Assembly (NCBI RefSeq): GCF_000143415.4
Contig: NW_003314269.1
Span: 3,382,813 to 3,446,812 of the forward strand
Length of the DNA: 64,000 nucleotides
From: Selaginella moellendorffii
Taxonomy: Eukaryota; Plantae; Lycopodiophyta
Reading direction: 5' to 3'
Shown here piece after piece: positions 48,701 to 61,267 of the stretch. A program made the translations under genes and the position numbers. How positions within the stretch are numbered: the first letter of the stretch is position 1; every line of letters begins with the position of its first letter. The notes beneath the pieces are model-generated. The model was not told the DNA's origin. It did no database searches and was given only the letters and a program-made list of their open reading frames with translations.

Positions 48701-49256
48701 GTCTCTTCAGTATGCCTATGTCACAGGGGGGTAGAGTTCTGTTGGTGCTTCACCATATAAACTTCTATATGGTCATGATCCAATATTACCAACAGAGTTG
48801 GGTTTACCTTCGCGATTGCCACAAGCTCCTGATGCTAGGTCATGGGATCAGTATTTGACAAGCATTCTTCCACTTGTCCGAGCAGAGTCTGCCGAACACT
48901 TAGGCCGCGTACAAGTGGGACAACAACGGCACTACAACTCCCATCATCGTCCACCTGCGGAGTACAAAGTGGATGATTTGGTGTTAGTCCATTTTCCCCA
49001 TCTTACGGTATGTGGTTTATCTAAGGGGCTCCTTGCGCAGTGGAAAGGACCGTATCAGGTGTTGCGGCAAGTTGGACCGCAAGTTTATGAGGTTCGGCAT
49101 GACGTTCAGCAGGCTGATCCTCCGGAGATTGTGCATGTGCAGCGGTTAAAACGCTTCATACAAAGGGATCAGGAGCAATTAATACCGTCTACAGATCCGC
49201 CGATGCCTCCTCCTAACGTTCCTCCAGATCCCGGCCCATCTACAAGAGAACCCTGA
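45774..49256 (+). pseudogene. pol: Pol (protease, RT, RNase H, integrase) in the -1 frame, three in-frame stops
   Basis: LVDTGS, LDLASGYWQ, MPFGL, FIDDVL, VDASD, YSTTEKECLA, H..GH..C..C, SDNG, YHPQSDGLVER, WKGPY. Stops at 45786, 47589 and 48732. Confidence 0.9.
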
Positions 49257-51199
49257 CGGCCTTCCATTATTCCGAGAGGAGGGGATGATGTGAGGGCCAA
49301 GTGTACGGTTACGATGCCGTATACTAATATTAGCGTAGTGGATTTTGGTAGCCGTCGGATTGGTTTCAATCCAGACCACTCGCTCCTGTATATAAGCTAG
49401 GGTTTTTGGGCTAATTGATATGCACATTTCTGTATTCCCTTTCCATATTCCATGCACTCACAATGCTTTAAATTCAAAAAGAACACTTTATAATTAAACT
49501 TAATATTTTTCTCAAGAGTTCTTAAAACAAAAATTACAAATACTTAGTTGAAAGACAATATGCTCAAAGGCATTGCATTTGAAAGAAAAAGTTAAATAGG
49601 TTAGCATTAAGTAACAATATTCTTATCATGGGTTTAGAGTTCTTAGTTTTGGAGTTGTAAACAAGGTGGATTCAAATGCTAAACTTTGAATCCATCTCTA
49701 CAAAGTTTAGTATTTGATTCCACCTTCTTGTTTACAATCTATAACTTAGTAAATAAATCCATCACTATAAAATCTATAACTTAGATTTTATAACACTATT
49801 AATATAAAATACAAGGAAAGAAGGCAAACTTCATAGAAAATCAATTCCATATTATTGTTTATATATTTTTATATGAAACTACATCATAAATAAGAGAAGT
49901 CTAACTCTAATAAATAGCATTAATATAGTAAAAAACATTTAGTGGATGTTTGTTTTTCAGACACTGAATTTAATATTAATACAATACTTTAAATTAAGTG
50001 TAAATTAGGAGCTATTTTAAGTACGTTATTATCTGATAAACTAGTGTAGAATAGGAAACCACCAAGATGATAATCAATAATTATTGCTGCTAAGAATTTG
50101 AGACTGTTATTTTACTTGAATATAAGTTTGTTATATTAATTTGTTAAATCCTTCTAAAGTAGAAGATAAATATTGGTTAATAAAAATATTGCTACTAAAA
50201 ATATTTATTTAATTACTAAACTTTTAACAAGAATATTGTTTCATGCCTAAACTTGAGAGTAAGGGAGCCATTGTTGTTGATTGGAATAATTTTGGAGCAT
50301 TTTGTTTTCTTTTAGTTTCTTTGCTCATTCTCTCCTTTTTGAAGAAAGCTTAAGGTTTTAACTGTTTGGTGGCCTTATTGTTTGATGTGGTTGTTCTTTC
50401 TATGACTCTCAATCCTTTTTGTATATTAACTCCTTAGTAACCTGTTTTTTTATAAAAGTGTTTTGAGTGGCTTCATTTTTCTTCATCTTATTCCTAAGCA
50501 CTACAGGTTATTTCAACAAAATATTTTTCATGTTTGTATTTTCCTAGAGCTTGACTTTCACTATTCATCCTCTCATTTATTTCACTGTCTTATCTCTCTT
50601 TTCTATAAACATTTCCTTCACCTTATGTTTAATTTGTCCCAAGAGTTTTTCCCTTTCAGTTTTTCCTCTAATTCCTATTCTTTTTTCATTCCATTTAGTT
50701 TCTCTTCCTAATAGCCAAACTACTTGTCCACCTCTAGTTGCCTATTTCAACAGCCATGATTCTAGATTTTTTATTTTAGAATCTAAGTCTAGACCTTAAG
50801 TCTAGGTAGTCACTTATGATTTTGAAAATCTATTAAGATAGCTTCACATTAAAAGGAATAGAATTTTATTTAGAATAAAATGTATTTTTTTTCCACCTTA
50901 TACTACACTATCTCTTTTTTTCATATTACTATTATTACTATTATTGTATACGTCCAATCGGCAAGAGGGCTATGTCTCTCTACACATTCATTTGATTCGT
51001 CTATGATTGGTCTCTTAAGTTTCCTTATGTATTTTCTATGGCATATCTAGTGCTAGTCATTTTTGTTTGAGTTTCCAAGTGTATAATAAAAGCTTGGAAG
51101 GAGATAATACATTTCATCCTCTCCAAGAGCCACTAACATTACAAATGTAAGAATCAGCTTGACATAAGATCAACCGTGTAAACACATAAAGAATAAATA

Positions 51200-51553
51200 A
51201 ATTGCTACGCGTTGCATGTAGCAACGCTTGGTTTGCTTAATGGTAGTTTTATTATTACTTATTAATCTAATTGATCAAATAAAGTTTATAATCATAAGCA
51301 TGTTAGTGATTTATAAACACAAGATTAATCTTATTGCATATCAACCATTAGATAATAGAATAAAAAAGAATATACTAGAAAGGGTTTAGGAAAGCTTATA
51401 AATTATAAACATGTTTATAAATTATAAATACCAGATTAATCTAAATGAATACCAACCGTTAGATGGTAGAATATCCCAGAATATCCAAGCATATTCTAGG
51501 TATATTTACTACCATCCCAGTCCCCCTATAGGTTTGCTTAAGCAAACCAAAAA
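51200..51553 (-). mobile_element. Short non-autonomous element with 13-bp inverted repeats and a stem-loop (Helentron/HINE-like or MITE)
   Basis: TTGGTTTGCTTAA (51228-51240) and TTAAGCAAACCAA (51538-51550); palindrome GGTTTGCTTAAGCAAACC at one end; hairpin GCGTTGC-ATGTA-GCAACGC (51209-51227) at the other. Second copy at 54564-54876. Confidence 0.55.
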
Positions 51554-51607
51554 TCAAAATAGATTATACCGCATTTTGAGGCTAATGTGGCGCGCAGGGT
51601 TTATGTT

Positions 51608-54064
51608 ATGGCTGCAGCATCAGCGCTGCCACTGCGCGCCTCGGCGTTCAATCCCTCCTCGCCATCCACAGGGCTATGCTCCTCCTCTTTCCAGCTCAAT
51701 GCGGCGCTGGGACATCCATCTTCTTCTCCATCTCCTAGGGTTTCCCAGCAGCAAGAAATCCCGGCGCCAAGGCCCGACAGGGCGCGGTTCGAGAATCCCA
51801 AGTCCCCATGGCGACGTCCCGACAGGGTCTCCAGCATTCCCATGGATTTGCAGCCGATCCTGGAAGCTCTCGATGCCGTGAGGCCGGGAGATGATCTGGA
51901 CGATGCTCTGGCCGGGCGAGTCGAGAATCTAGGGCCGGACAAGGCTGGCAGAGTGATGCAGTGCATGGACAAGCCGGAGCTCGTCCTCCTCTTCTTCGAT
52001 TGGGCGCGATCGCGAGTCGGCCACAATGTCTTTAGCTGCAACTGCGCTCTCGACATGCTGTGCCGGCTCAATCGCCGTCAAGAAGCTCTGGCGCTCTTCC
52101 GCAACGCCATGGCCAGGATTTGTATGCCCAACAAGTTCACGTATGGCATCTTGATCCGGGGATTTTCCTCTGCCGGTGATTTGGACATCGCCATCCAGCT
52201 CCTCGAGGAGATGAAAAGCAACGGGTTTGAGGGCAATGCCGTTGTCCACACCACTCTCATGAAGGGACTGTGTGATGCAGGTCGTGTGGTGGAAGCGCTG
52301 GAGCACTTTCGAGCCATGGCCAAGGACTGTGCTCCCGACGTGATGACTTACACCGCGCTCGTCCATGCGCTCTGCAAGGCTGGGAAGTTCGATGAAGCCC
52401 AAGGTATGCTCCGCGAGATGATCGCCAGAGGCTGTGCTCCTGACACGGTGACTTTCAGCACACTGATCGATGGGCTCTGCAAGTTTGGGAGCGAAGAACA
52501 GGCATTTCGGGTGCTCGAGGATGTTATACAGCGTGGGATGGGTAACAGCGATGCCGCTTTCGAGACCATCATCCAGAGGCTGTGCAACAAGTACAACTCT
52601 GTGGAGCTGGCCTCCAAAGTTTTGGGAGTGGTGATCGCGAAGGGCTTCACGCCGACTGTTCTAATGTTCAATCTCGTCATCAACGGGTTCTGCAAGGCCA
52701 AGGATCTCGACAGCGCGTACAAGCTCCTCGAGGTGATGATCGAGAAAGGCTGCGTGCCAAACGTCTTCACCTTCACGATCTTGATCACTGGACTTTGCAA
52801 GGCGAACAGGGTCGGAGAAGCTCAGCAGCTTCTGGAGAAGATGGTGACGGGGGGCTGCTCGCCAAACGTCGTGACTTACAGCACGGTTATAAACGGGCTT
52901 TGCAAGCAAGGTCAGGTTGACGACGCCTATGAGCTCTTCCAGCTTATGGAAAGAAGGAACTGTCCGCCCAACGTTGTCACGCACAACATTCTTATCGATG
53001 GGCTTTGCAAGGCCAAGCGGATCGAGGAGGCGCGCCAGCTTTACCACCGGATGAGAGAAACAGGCTGCGCACCGGATATCATCACCTACAACAGCCTGAT
53101 AGATGGTTTGTGCAAGAGCTTCCAAGTCGACGAGGCATTCCAGCTTTTCCAGACGATCCCGGAGAGTGGTGTGTCCGCGGCCAACGCAGTCACTTACAGC
53201 ACGCTGTTCCATGGTTACGCTGCGTTGGGCAGGATGGCGGACGCTTGCCGAATTTTTTCCATGCTGGTCGACAAGGGGTTCTCACCCGACTTGGCAACGT
53301 ACACCAGCTTGATTCTCGAGTACTGCAAGACATCGAGAGCGGTGGAAGTCGTAGAGCTCGTGGAAGAAATGGCATCCAAAGGCTTTCCTCCCAGAGTCAA
53401 TACGTTAAGCGCTGTTCTTGGGGGGCTCTTTGAAGGAAACCACACGGAGAGAGCCATACAACTCTTCGATTCTATGGCCGCTAGAGGCTGCACCGACGAT
53501 GCTCTCATCTACAACTTAGTTGTCGAAGGCATGGCAAGAGCAAGCAAGCACAACAAGGCACTTGCTGTCCTGGAGCAAGTGATTGACAAGCGGGACCGTA
53601 AGTTTAATCCGAGCTCCTCAGCCGTGGACGCGCTGGTAGAATCACTGTGCCAGGTGGGAAGAACAGACGACGCCAAGCAGCTACTTCACAAAATGTCCGA
53701 GAGAGGCTTTGCAGCGGCAGTCTCGTCGTATAACGGGCTTCTCTCTGGACTGTCGAGGCTCCAAAGGTGGGACGAAGCTACTCAAGTCTTCGAGGCTATG
53801 GTTTCAGCTGGTCCGGCACCCGAGATCTCCACGGTTAACGTGGTCATCTCGTGGCTATGCAGTGCCGCAAAGGTGGACGACGCGTACGAGCTCGTCCAGA
53901 GAATGTCCAAGCTCGGCTGCTGTCCAGACATCGAGACTTGCAACACTCTCATCGGGGGCTACTGCAAGTCGGGCCGAGCCGACTTGGCTCGAAAGCTTTT
54001 GGAAGAAATGACCGAGGCGGGCCTAGAACCAAACGATACAACACATGATCTCCTGGAGTGTTAA
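51608..54064 (+). CDS. P-class pentatricopeptide repeat protein, intronless, with organellar transit-like N-terminus
   Basis: Many tandem 35-aa repeats (TY..LI.GLCK.G....A..L...M...GC.PNVV). Confidence 0.95.
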   Translation: MAAASALPLRASAFNPSSPSTGLCSSSFQLNAALGHPSSSPSPRVSQQQEIPAPRPDRARFENPKSPWRRPDRVSSIPMDLQPILEALDAVRPGDDLDDALAGRVENLGPDKAGRVMQCMDKPELVLLFFDWARSRVGHNVFSCNCALDMLCRLNRRQEALALFRNAMARICMPNKFTYGILIRGFSSAGDLDIAIQLLEEMKSNGFEGNAVVHTTLMKGLCDAGRVVEALEHFRAMAKDCAPDVMTYTALVHALCKAGKFDEAQGMLREMIARGCAPDTVTFSTLIDGLCKFGSEEQAFRVLEDVIQRGMGNSDAAFETIIQRLCNKYNSVELASKVLGVVIAKGFTPTVLMFNLVINGFCKAKDLDSAYKLLEVMIEKGCVPNVFTFTILITGLCKANRVGEAQQLLEKMVTGGCSPNVVTYSTVINGLCKQGQVDDAYELFQLMERRNCPPNVVTHNILIDGLCKAKRIEEARQLYHRMRETGCAPDIITYNSLIDGLCKSFQVDEAFQLFQTIPESGVSAANAVTYSTLFHGYAALGRMADACRIFSMLVDKGFSPDLATYTSLILEYCKTSRAVEVVELVEEMASKGFPPRVNTLSAVLGGLFEGNHTERAIQLFDSMAARGCTDDALIYNLVVEGMARASKHNKALAVLEQVIDKRDRKFNPSSSAVDALVESLCQVGRTDDAKQLLHKMSERGFAAAVSSYNGLLSGLSRLQRWDEATQVFEAMVSAGPAPEISTVNVVISWLCSAAKVDDAYELVQRMSKLGCCPDIETCNTLIGGYCKSGRADLARKLLEEMTEAGLEPNDTTHDLLEC

Positions 54065-54214
54065 TCTTCGTCCCTCAACACACTTGGATTCTCAAAGGAC
54101 CGACAGCTCACAAGGAGCTGCTGAACTTAGTTCTCTTCGATTGGTAACGAGCTCAGGTAAGAACTCAAGAACTTTCTTTGAATGTATGATATTAACAAGT
54201 TTCTATGTGATCAG

Positions 54215-54475
54215 GCAGTAGCTATGAACCATGACACGGTTATAGACTTCTTCCGGGTTGAGGATCACGCGGGGAAAGTTTGGCGTTGGGGAAGCCTCGA
54301 GTCTCCAGCATATTTGGAGTAGACAGCCCCGCCTTTCCCTTGAATGCTCACTATCTGGTTACCGGAGTAGAACTGGACTCGTGGCTGGTTCGTCCACACT
54401 TCCATCGTTCTCGTGCTGGCAGGATCTTCCAGGGTGACGGCGTCGTCGTCTCGAATGGTTTTATCCAAGGCGAAG
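54215..54475 (-). pseudogene. Aldose 1-epimerase (galactose mutarotase) 3' fragment
   Basis: TLEDPASTRTMEVWTNQPRVQFYSGN...GKGGAVYSKYAG; truncated, with no upstream exons evident. Confidence 0.65.
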
Positions 54476-54563
54476 GATAGTTAAATGTCATTTCCCTAAA
54501 CAGAACCGTTAGATTAAAAAAATCAAAGATTTCGTGTTAAACACCAACAGGAACAAATAATAT

Positions 54564-54876
54564 TAAATAAATTGCTACGTGTAGTAATTTTATTATTACT
54601 TATTAATTTAATTGATTAAATAAAGTTTATTATTATAAGCATGTTTGTAATTTATAAACACAAGATTGCATATCAAACATTAGATGATAGAATAAAAAAG
54701 AATATACTATAAAGGGTTTAAGAAAGCTTATAGATTATAAACATGTTTATAAATTATAAATACAAAATTAATTTAAATGAATAACAACCGTTAGATGGTA
54801 GAATATTCGAAAATATTTAAATATATTTTAAATATATCCACTACCATCCCAATCGTTTGCTTAAGCAAACCAAAAA
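54564..54876 (-). repeat. Second, more degenerate copy of the 51.2-kb short element
   Basis: Colinear similarity to 51195-51553, retaining GTTTGCTTAAGCAAACC but lacking the left inverted repeat and hairpin. Confidence 0.75.
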
Positions 54877-55662
54877 TTACTGTAAATAACAAGTATATAT
54901 ATATATATATATATGGGATTTTAATATAAAAAAGGAGCCAACACGTCACTAAATATTGACGATCCAACACCGCTTTCTTTTGAGCGGAATATCCTACTTT
55001 AGTCAAAGGGGTTGATATGACTGACGGATGGTCAAAGACGTTGCTCACTGGGGAAGAACAAAACCCCTATTTCCATTTCTACTTCTCTCGCTTCTGGCGG
55101 GCGCTCGTGTTCCTCGCGATTGGATGCGCGCGCTCTCAAATTCGCCTCACATTTCGGTGGCCGGCGTGGATTTCCCTCCTGCGCGACGGCGGTTTCCCGA
55201 GGTTTGTGCTCGATCCTAGAGAGTCGAGTCGAGAGCTGCGAAATTCGTCTCCTGTTCCCCAGAGAACACGATTGTAGGGTTAGCAGTGCCTCCTGTGGCG
55301 GTCTAGGCAGCGAGATTTCCTCTGGCCGAGCGAGAGGCTACATGGTTTCACTGTTGAGTCGTTTTTTTTTCAATTCTTTTTTCCCGGAGCCTCGTCTGGT
55401 CTTTGTTTAAACGCTACACGTCTCCTTATGACATATTCATGGTCTTCAGGGGTCACTGTGGCAGCTTCCTGTGCTAGACGAATCTAAAAAACTGTTTTCT
55501 AGTCTAGTTTTTCTGCTCGGGTCTCCAGCTTTTCCTTTTTGAGCCGTGAGCTTTATCTCCGCAATATCCCTTCGTAACGCTCTTGAAGCGCTTCTTCTCT
55601 GTCCAAACCATCTCTTGTGTCTGAGAGCTCTAGTGTTTTTCTTGCTTTTCTAGCTGTGAGCG

Positions 55663-57102
55663 ATGGCGTCGTCCGAGTTTCCGAATGGTTTTGCTCCTTT
55701 CACCGCCGAGCACCCGCCCGTGCGGGGCCAGGCTGCTGCAAACGGTGCTCCCGCCAGCGCTGCTGGCGGCATTCTGGAAGTGGAAGTTCACCAAGCTCGC
55801 AACCTCCACAACATTTGCATTTACGCCAAGCAGGACGTGTACGCCAAGCTATCGCTCAACGACGCCGCCGGCGGGAGCGGGCCAACAGCGTTCTACACGG
55901 AGGTGGTCGACAAAGGAGGTAAAGATCCAGTTTTCAACCAGAAGTTTTGCACTTCTCTCGTGCAAAGTGACCGTGCTTTGAGGTGCGAGGTGTGGATGGC
56001 CAGCAAGATGCGCGACTATCTCCAGGACCAGCTTCTGGGGGCAGTCACCATACCGCTGTCCACACTGGTCGGGAAAGACAAGGAGTTTAACGAGTTTGAG
56101 CTCTCGTCCACGGAGCTGTTCCACTCACCGGCAGGAAGCATCACCATGAGTCTCAAGTTTGAAGAGATCACGAAGCTCGGTGACAAGGCAAGCCCAGAAG
56201 AAAGCAACGATTGCGAGGTGACGGTGTGCAACTCCACCACCTCGAACCTCTCGGCCAGCAGCCTCGACGGCATAGACTCCAAGGTGGTGGCTTTTGCGGA
56301 CCTTGCCGACGCTCGGGAGGACGAGGAGCTCGTCTCGGATTTCATCCAGAGGAAACAGAATGTGGAAGCGGCTGCCAAGGACGATGGTATCTACACAGGT
56401 CCTCCGTTTCTCAAGCTCGACTGCTCGGCTGTGAGGAAGAGTTTAGCAGCGGAGGAGGCGCGGTCGGAAGATGAAGTTCCGGAGCTGGACGACGAGCAGT
56501 CGGTGGTAGAACAAGGGACGGATAAACTCTTCTCGGCTCCAGCAGCTTGCGGCGGTGAGAAGGAAAACATCTCCAAGCCCGGACTCAAGCAGCTAGACGT
56601 TCCGGCGAGCCCATCGTTGCTGGAATCGTCCGTCAGTAACGGCGTAACTCCCACTCCCAGCTCGAAGCCGAAGGAGGATCTCTCCATCAGCAAGGCGGAC
56701 GAGGAGAAACATGGCAGAGCTGCGGAGCTCGGCGGTGGTGGACAGGGCGGAGTAATGAGGGACGAGGAGGCCGCAAAGTTTGGTTTCGTGAGCAAGCCTG
56801 TGATCCAGCCGGAGCCGAGGATAATGCAGCAGGAGATCATGGACATGTACACCAGGAGCATGCAGCAATTCTCCGACGCTCTTGCAAAGATGCAGCTCCC
56901 GGTGGACGAGAACGGATTGATCAAGCTGGACGAGGCCGCCTCCTCGGAGACGACTAACAGCAAAGACACCAAGAACACGAATGACAACAACAACTCTAGC
57001 AGTGGCTCCGAGAGGAGTGGTGAGAGCAGCGGTGGAGGTAAGAGAAACTTGACTAGTTCTAATACGCCCAGGGTCTTCTATGGCAGCCGAGCTTTCTTCT
57101 AA
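55663..57102 (+). CDS. Plant C2/CaLB-domain protein
   Basis: LEVEVHQARNLHNICIYAKQDVYAKL, GGKDPVFN, YLQDQLLG, LFHSPAG; conserved C-terminus PRVFYGSRAFF. Confidence 0.9.
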   Translation: MASSEFPNGFAPFTAEHPPVRGQAAANGAPASAAGGILEVEVHQARNLHNICIYAKQDVYAKLSLNDAAGGSGPTAFYTEVVDKGGKDPVFNQKFCTSLVQSDRALRCEVWMASKMRDYLQDQLLGAVTIPLSTLVGKDKEFNEFELSSTELFHSPAGSITMSLKFEEITKLGDKASPEESNDCEVTVCNSTTSNLSASSLDGIDSKVVAFADLADAREDEELVSDFIQRKQNVEAAAKDDGIYTGPPFLKLDCSAVRKSLAAEEARSEDEVPELDDEQSVVEQGTDKLFSAPAACGGEKENISKPGLKQLDVPASPSLLESSVSNGVTPTPSSKPKEDLSISKADEEKHGRAAELGGGGQGGVMRDEEAAKFGFVSKPVIQPEPRIMQQEIMDMYTRSMQQFSDALAKMQLPVDENGLIKLDEAASSETTNSKDTKNTNDNNNSSSGSERSGESSGGGKRNLTSSNTPRVFYGSRAFF

Positions 57103-57507
57103 ACTTTCAGGGAGAGATCAGATCAACACACTACTTTTTTCCTTCTTTTTTTTTTTTCTCTCCACAGAACGATACAAATCGAGCATCCAGTGCTAAAATC
57201 CTGTGTACAGTTCTTACAGACGTCTATGAAAAAAATATTTCCAGTGTAAGTCTCACAAGCTCTTTATTTCACGAGGATCGATCAACACCACTGTGACAAC
57301 GAGTTGAAAAATTTGACGCTTCCACATGGTAGAATAATTTCCTTGTTCCAGAGATACCAGGCTTTGGGATTTTAAAACAATTGAGGTTTCTTAAAGCGGC
57401 GTTCCCCGGATTCGAACACAAACCACCTCGTGGTTGGCTTTCCCGGGATTCGAACCCCGGACCTAGGGATAGAGATAAACCCCCAAGGTTTTCTTCTGGA
57501 GGGAGGG

Positions 57508-59549
57508 ATGCCTAGATTACTTGGCGCTAGGCCAGCGGTGGCATTCTTCTCTTCCTCCTCGTCCCTGACATCGTCATCGGTGTCGCTATGGATTTCTCCA
57601 GGAATTGGTGGCAATGTGGGGCTTTTCCCGCGCCAGCACGCCCTATGGCTGTTCCGGCGAGGAATGTCCTCCAAGATCAGCATGAGCTTGCGCTCCGGCA
57701 TCGTAGGGCTCCCTAATGTCGGCAAATCCACGCTCTTCAATGCTCTGGTACGTAAGCAGAATTTAAAATGTGTCTAGGCTGGTGGTTTCTTCTTGTTTTT
57801 GTTTCTTACTTGCCTAGTGCTAGCTATATCTTGGATTTCTTCTCTTTGTTTTTGTAGGTAGAGAATGCCAAAGCTCAGGCAGCGAATTTTCCCTTCTGCA
57901 CGATTGAACCGAATGTTGGAATTGTGGCAGTTCCAGATACTCGCTTGAGCGTGCTCACCGATATAAGTAGCTCCAAGCAAACTGTGCCCGCTAGCATGGA
58001 GTTTGTGGACATTGCTGGGCTCGTCAAAGGTGCGAGTAAAGGTGAGGTAAGAGTTTTTTTTTTTTTCCACTTTCTAGTGACACAAACAACCAGTTCAATA
58101 ACTATCCATTGTGTGATCGTGTAGGGCCTTGGTAACAAGTTTCTTCAGCACATACGTGAAGTTGACTCGATTGTCCAGGTAAGTTTCCTTTCTCCATTTT
58201 CTTTTTTTCGCTCTTAAATATTGTTTCTCTCTTTTCTCTTCATTTCCCTTTCACTGTGTGCTTTCGGCAGGTTGTGAGGTGTTTCGACGACTCGGACATC
58301 CTCCATGTCAATGGGAAAGTTGATCCGGAGGCAGACATTGACATTATCAACTTGGAGCTTGCATTTTCTGATATCGCACAGGTCTAACCTCAAGTTGCAA
58401 GTTTTGTTGTCATCTAAATGAGATTTTCTCGTCCAGATCGAGAAAAGATTGGAGAAGCTTAAAAAGGGGAGAGCTAAAGATCCACAAACCAAAGCCAAGG
58501 TTCGCATGGGTAAAACAATCCTATGAAGGATAACGCGGTTTTTCAGGAAGATATGGAAGCTGCTGCACTAGAGAGGATAAACGAGGCTTTACTGGCTGGA
58601 AAGGCCGCAAGAACCGTCGACCTTTCCAACGATGAGAGGAAACAAGTCCAACAGTTGTGTCTACTCACGATGAAACCCGTTATATATGCTGCCAACGTAG
58701 CTGAGACAGACCTCGGAGACCCTTCTAAAAACGAGTACGTTCAGAGGGTTGTGAAGACAGCTGCTGATCTCGGCTCCGAAGCAGTGGTTGTTTCTGCTCA
58801 AGTAATTCTCTCCTCCTCATGGAATTGTGTATGCATTATTTCATTGTTTTCGTGTGTACGTCTTTCGTATTCCATTTTTTAGGCTCTGATATTTTCTTTG
58901 TCTTTTCTTCTCTAATCAGGTAGAATCGGAGCTTGCGGAACTTGATGCCAAGGAGAGGAAAGAGTTTTTGGAGTCACTTGGAGCAGCTGAAGGTGGACTT
59001 GGATCTCTTGTTAAAGCAACTTACAGCCTTCTGGGATTACGGACGTACTTCACCACCGGAGAAAAGGTTCATGTGCTAGTGGTATACGAACGAATCCTAA
59101 ACCTTCTCACACTGATATGCAGGAGACCAAGGCATGGACGATCAAGTCAGGTACTTTTGACAGGCTTTTTTGCTTAACAAGATGGTGAGTGGAGAGCTCG
59201 TCATTGACACATCACAGGCATGACTGCGCCCCAAGCAGCGGGCGTAATACATTCGGATTTTGAGCGTGGATTCATAAGAGCTGAGACGGTAATTTGGAGG
59301 AAAGGATTCGTTTCCTCAAATCTTGAAGTCTTGCGTTCTCCCGTGCAGGTTGCCTACAAAGATTTCGTATCGGTTGGCTCGCTACAGGCCGCGAGAGAGA
59401 AGGGACTGGTGAGCCTTGCTTGCTTTTTCTTTTTGCCACAGTTCTGACCCGCTGAATTTTCATATGTGCTAATTGCACAGCTAAGATCAGAAGGCAAAGA
59501 CTACGTTGTACAGGAAGGCGACGTGATGCTCTTTCGTTTCAACGTGTGA
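57508..59549 (+). CDS. ychF: YchF/OLA1 (Obg-family) ATPase/GTPase with organellar targeting extension, multi-exon
   Basis: [80 protein letters not shown]. Confidence 0.93.
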
Positions 59550-59961
59550 GGTACTATTTTCCCTCAGTCTAGAGGAGTAGACATCCGTCAATTCCTTCTC
59601 TCTTTTTTTCCAGGATTGCTGCTCAATCGAAGGCAGTCATACTCATCATGTGTACCTTGGTCTGATAGTAACCTCTCGTTGGTGGGCACTTTTTTCACGT
59701 AGTTATGAAGCAAAAAACAGTGGTAACCATCGAGAGGATGTAACCTCGTCTCTCTTTTTTTTCCAGATCTTACAGAGGAACAACGCGGAAGAAATTAAAG
59801 AAAAACGGTTAAAGATACAGCAGTTCAGCCGACAGGCTGAGAAAAAAATTTCAGGGAAAAAATCACGGAAAAGAAAAAGAAAAAATTAATCTTCGAGTGG
59901 CGGCCGGTGGTCAGGTAAGAATAATCAACAAGAAAGAAAGAAGGAAACGAGATTAGAGCAG

Positions 59962-61267
59962 TCAGCCTGGAGGTTGCTGTCGATCTGAGACGAGCGTGAG
60001 GATCGCATTGGCGAGATTGTTGACGGCCGCGATGAGTCCTTCCATGCCTTGGCGGCTGATCTCGGTCTTGGCCTCTTCCAAGCCGAGCTTGCGTTCCTCG
60101 AGTCCAAGCAAGTCCCTGTGACGCTTATCCTTTTTCTCTTCGCAGGCTAGCAGCGTTTGCGAGAGCTCGTAGGCGCTCTTTGACACCGTCGGGGCCAAGC
60201 CTTGTTCTCGGGAAACTTTGCGACGCTTCCCCGACGGCGATCGCTCCATTTCGCTGCCTTCGCTCTCGGTGCTCTTCGAAACCTCTGGAGGAGGGAAAAG
60301 AAGAAAACCAAAGTGGTGGAGGTCAAACAATGTTTAGCGTTCATCATGCAAAGAAAATTCCAAGCAAAAAGCATAAGATGCAAAAAGAGATACCTGTAGC
60401 TTGTTGGAGTGGAACTCCAGCAGCAGCACTACTTGGTCCAGGCAAGTGAACTTGAGAAAAAATATGTTGTTGTTGATGGTGATGTTGCTGGTGTTGGTGG
60501 AGTTGATGGATTTGTTGCTGTTGTTGTTGGGGGTGAAGGGGAATCTGCTGCGGGAACGGCTGCTGAACCTGCTGTTGAACCTGAACCTGAGCCTGAGCCT
60601 GCTGCTGCAGCAGAGGCCGTGGTCTCTTGTCCACAACTTCGTGAAGGGCCTCGTAAACCTGGATGATCATGTTTGACGGCAGCCCTCGCTCTTTCCTCTC
60701 GTGCTTCTCCAGCTGCCAGTAGCTCTTTTGATTCACCACGGGAGCAGCCCCAGCAGCAGCAGCAGCAGCAGCCGAAGAGGATGATCCGGCCATCACTTTG
60801 GACTCAAACTCCCTCACCTTCTTGTAGTCCCGGAGAAGATTGTCCCACTTGTCGTTGCACTGGTTCTGGCTGCGCTGGCACCCTTTCCTCCAGCAGAAGT
60901 TCTCCACCCATTTCCACCGGAACTCGGCCGATTTGCCTTTCTCCTTGTCCCCGCCCTTGAGCCGCCTCTCGTCGTCCATCTTCTTGGCCTGGATGAGGAT
61001 CATCGTCTCCTGGAGCGTCCAGTTGCCCTTCCTGTATTCCCGGCTTCCCCCGCCTCCACCCCGGCTGCTGTCCAAGGCCTCGAGTTGCTGCTGCTGCTGC
61101 TGCTGCTGCTGTTGCGGCTGCTGTTGTTCGATCTCAAGTGTTGGCGGCGGCGGTGGCGTTGCTGCTGCTGCTGCCCCTGATGCTGGTGATGTCAATCCTG
61201 CTGAGGACGATGATGCTGCTGCAACCACAAGTGGGACAATTGCACTGGCGGTGCCTTGATCAGCCAT
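59962..61267 (-). CDS. Trihelix transcription factor (ASR3/SH4-like) with polyQ tracts, 2 exons
   Basis: EYRKGNWTLQETMILIQAK, RWKWVENFCW..GCQRSQNQCNDKWDNLLRDYKKVREFE; C-terminal CEEKKDKRHRDLL...GL..AVNNLA. Confidence 0.9.

Larger units (their letters stand above)
44452..49462 (+). mobile_element. Full-length Ty3/gypsy LTR retrotransposon (no chromodomain), nonsense-disrupted pol
   Basis: 174-bp LTRs at 44452-44625 and 49289-49462 (TG...CA, 5 transitions between them), 4-bp TSD ATGC, PBS TGGTGGAGG, PPT GAGAGGAGGGGA. Order gag-PR-RT-RH-IN. Confidence 0.95.
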
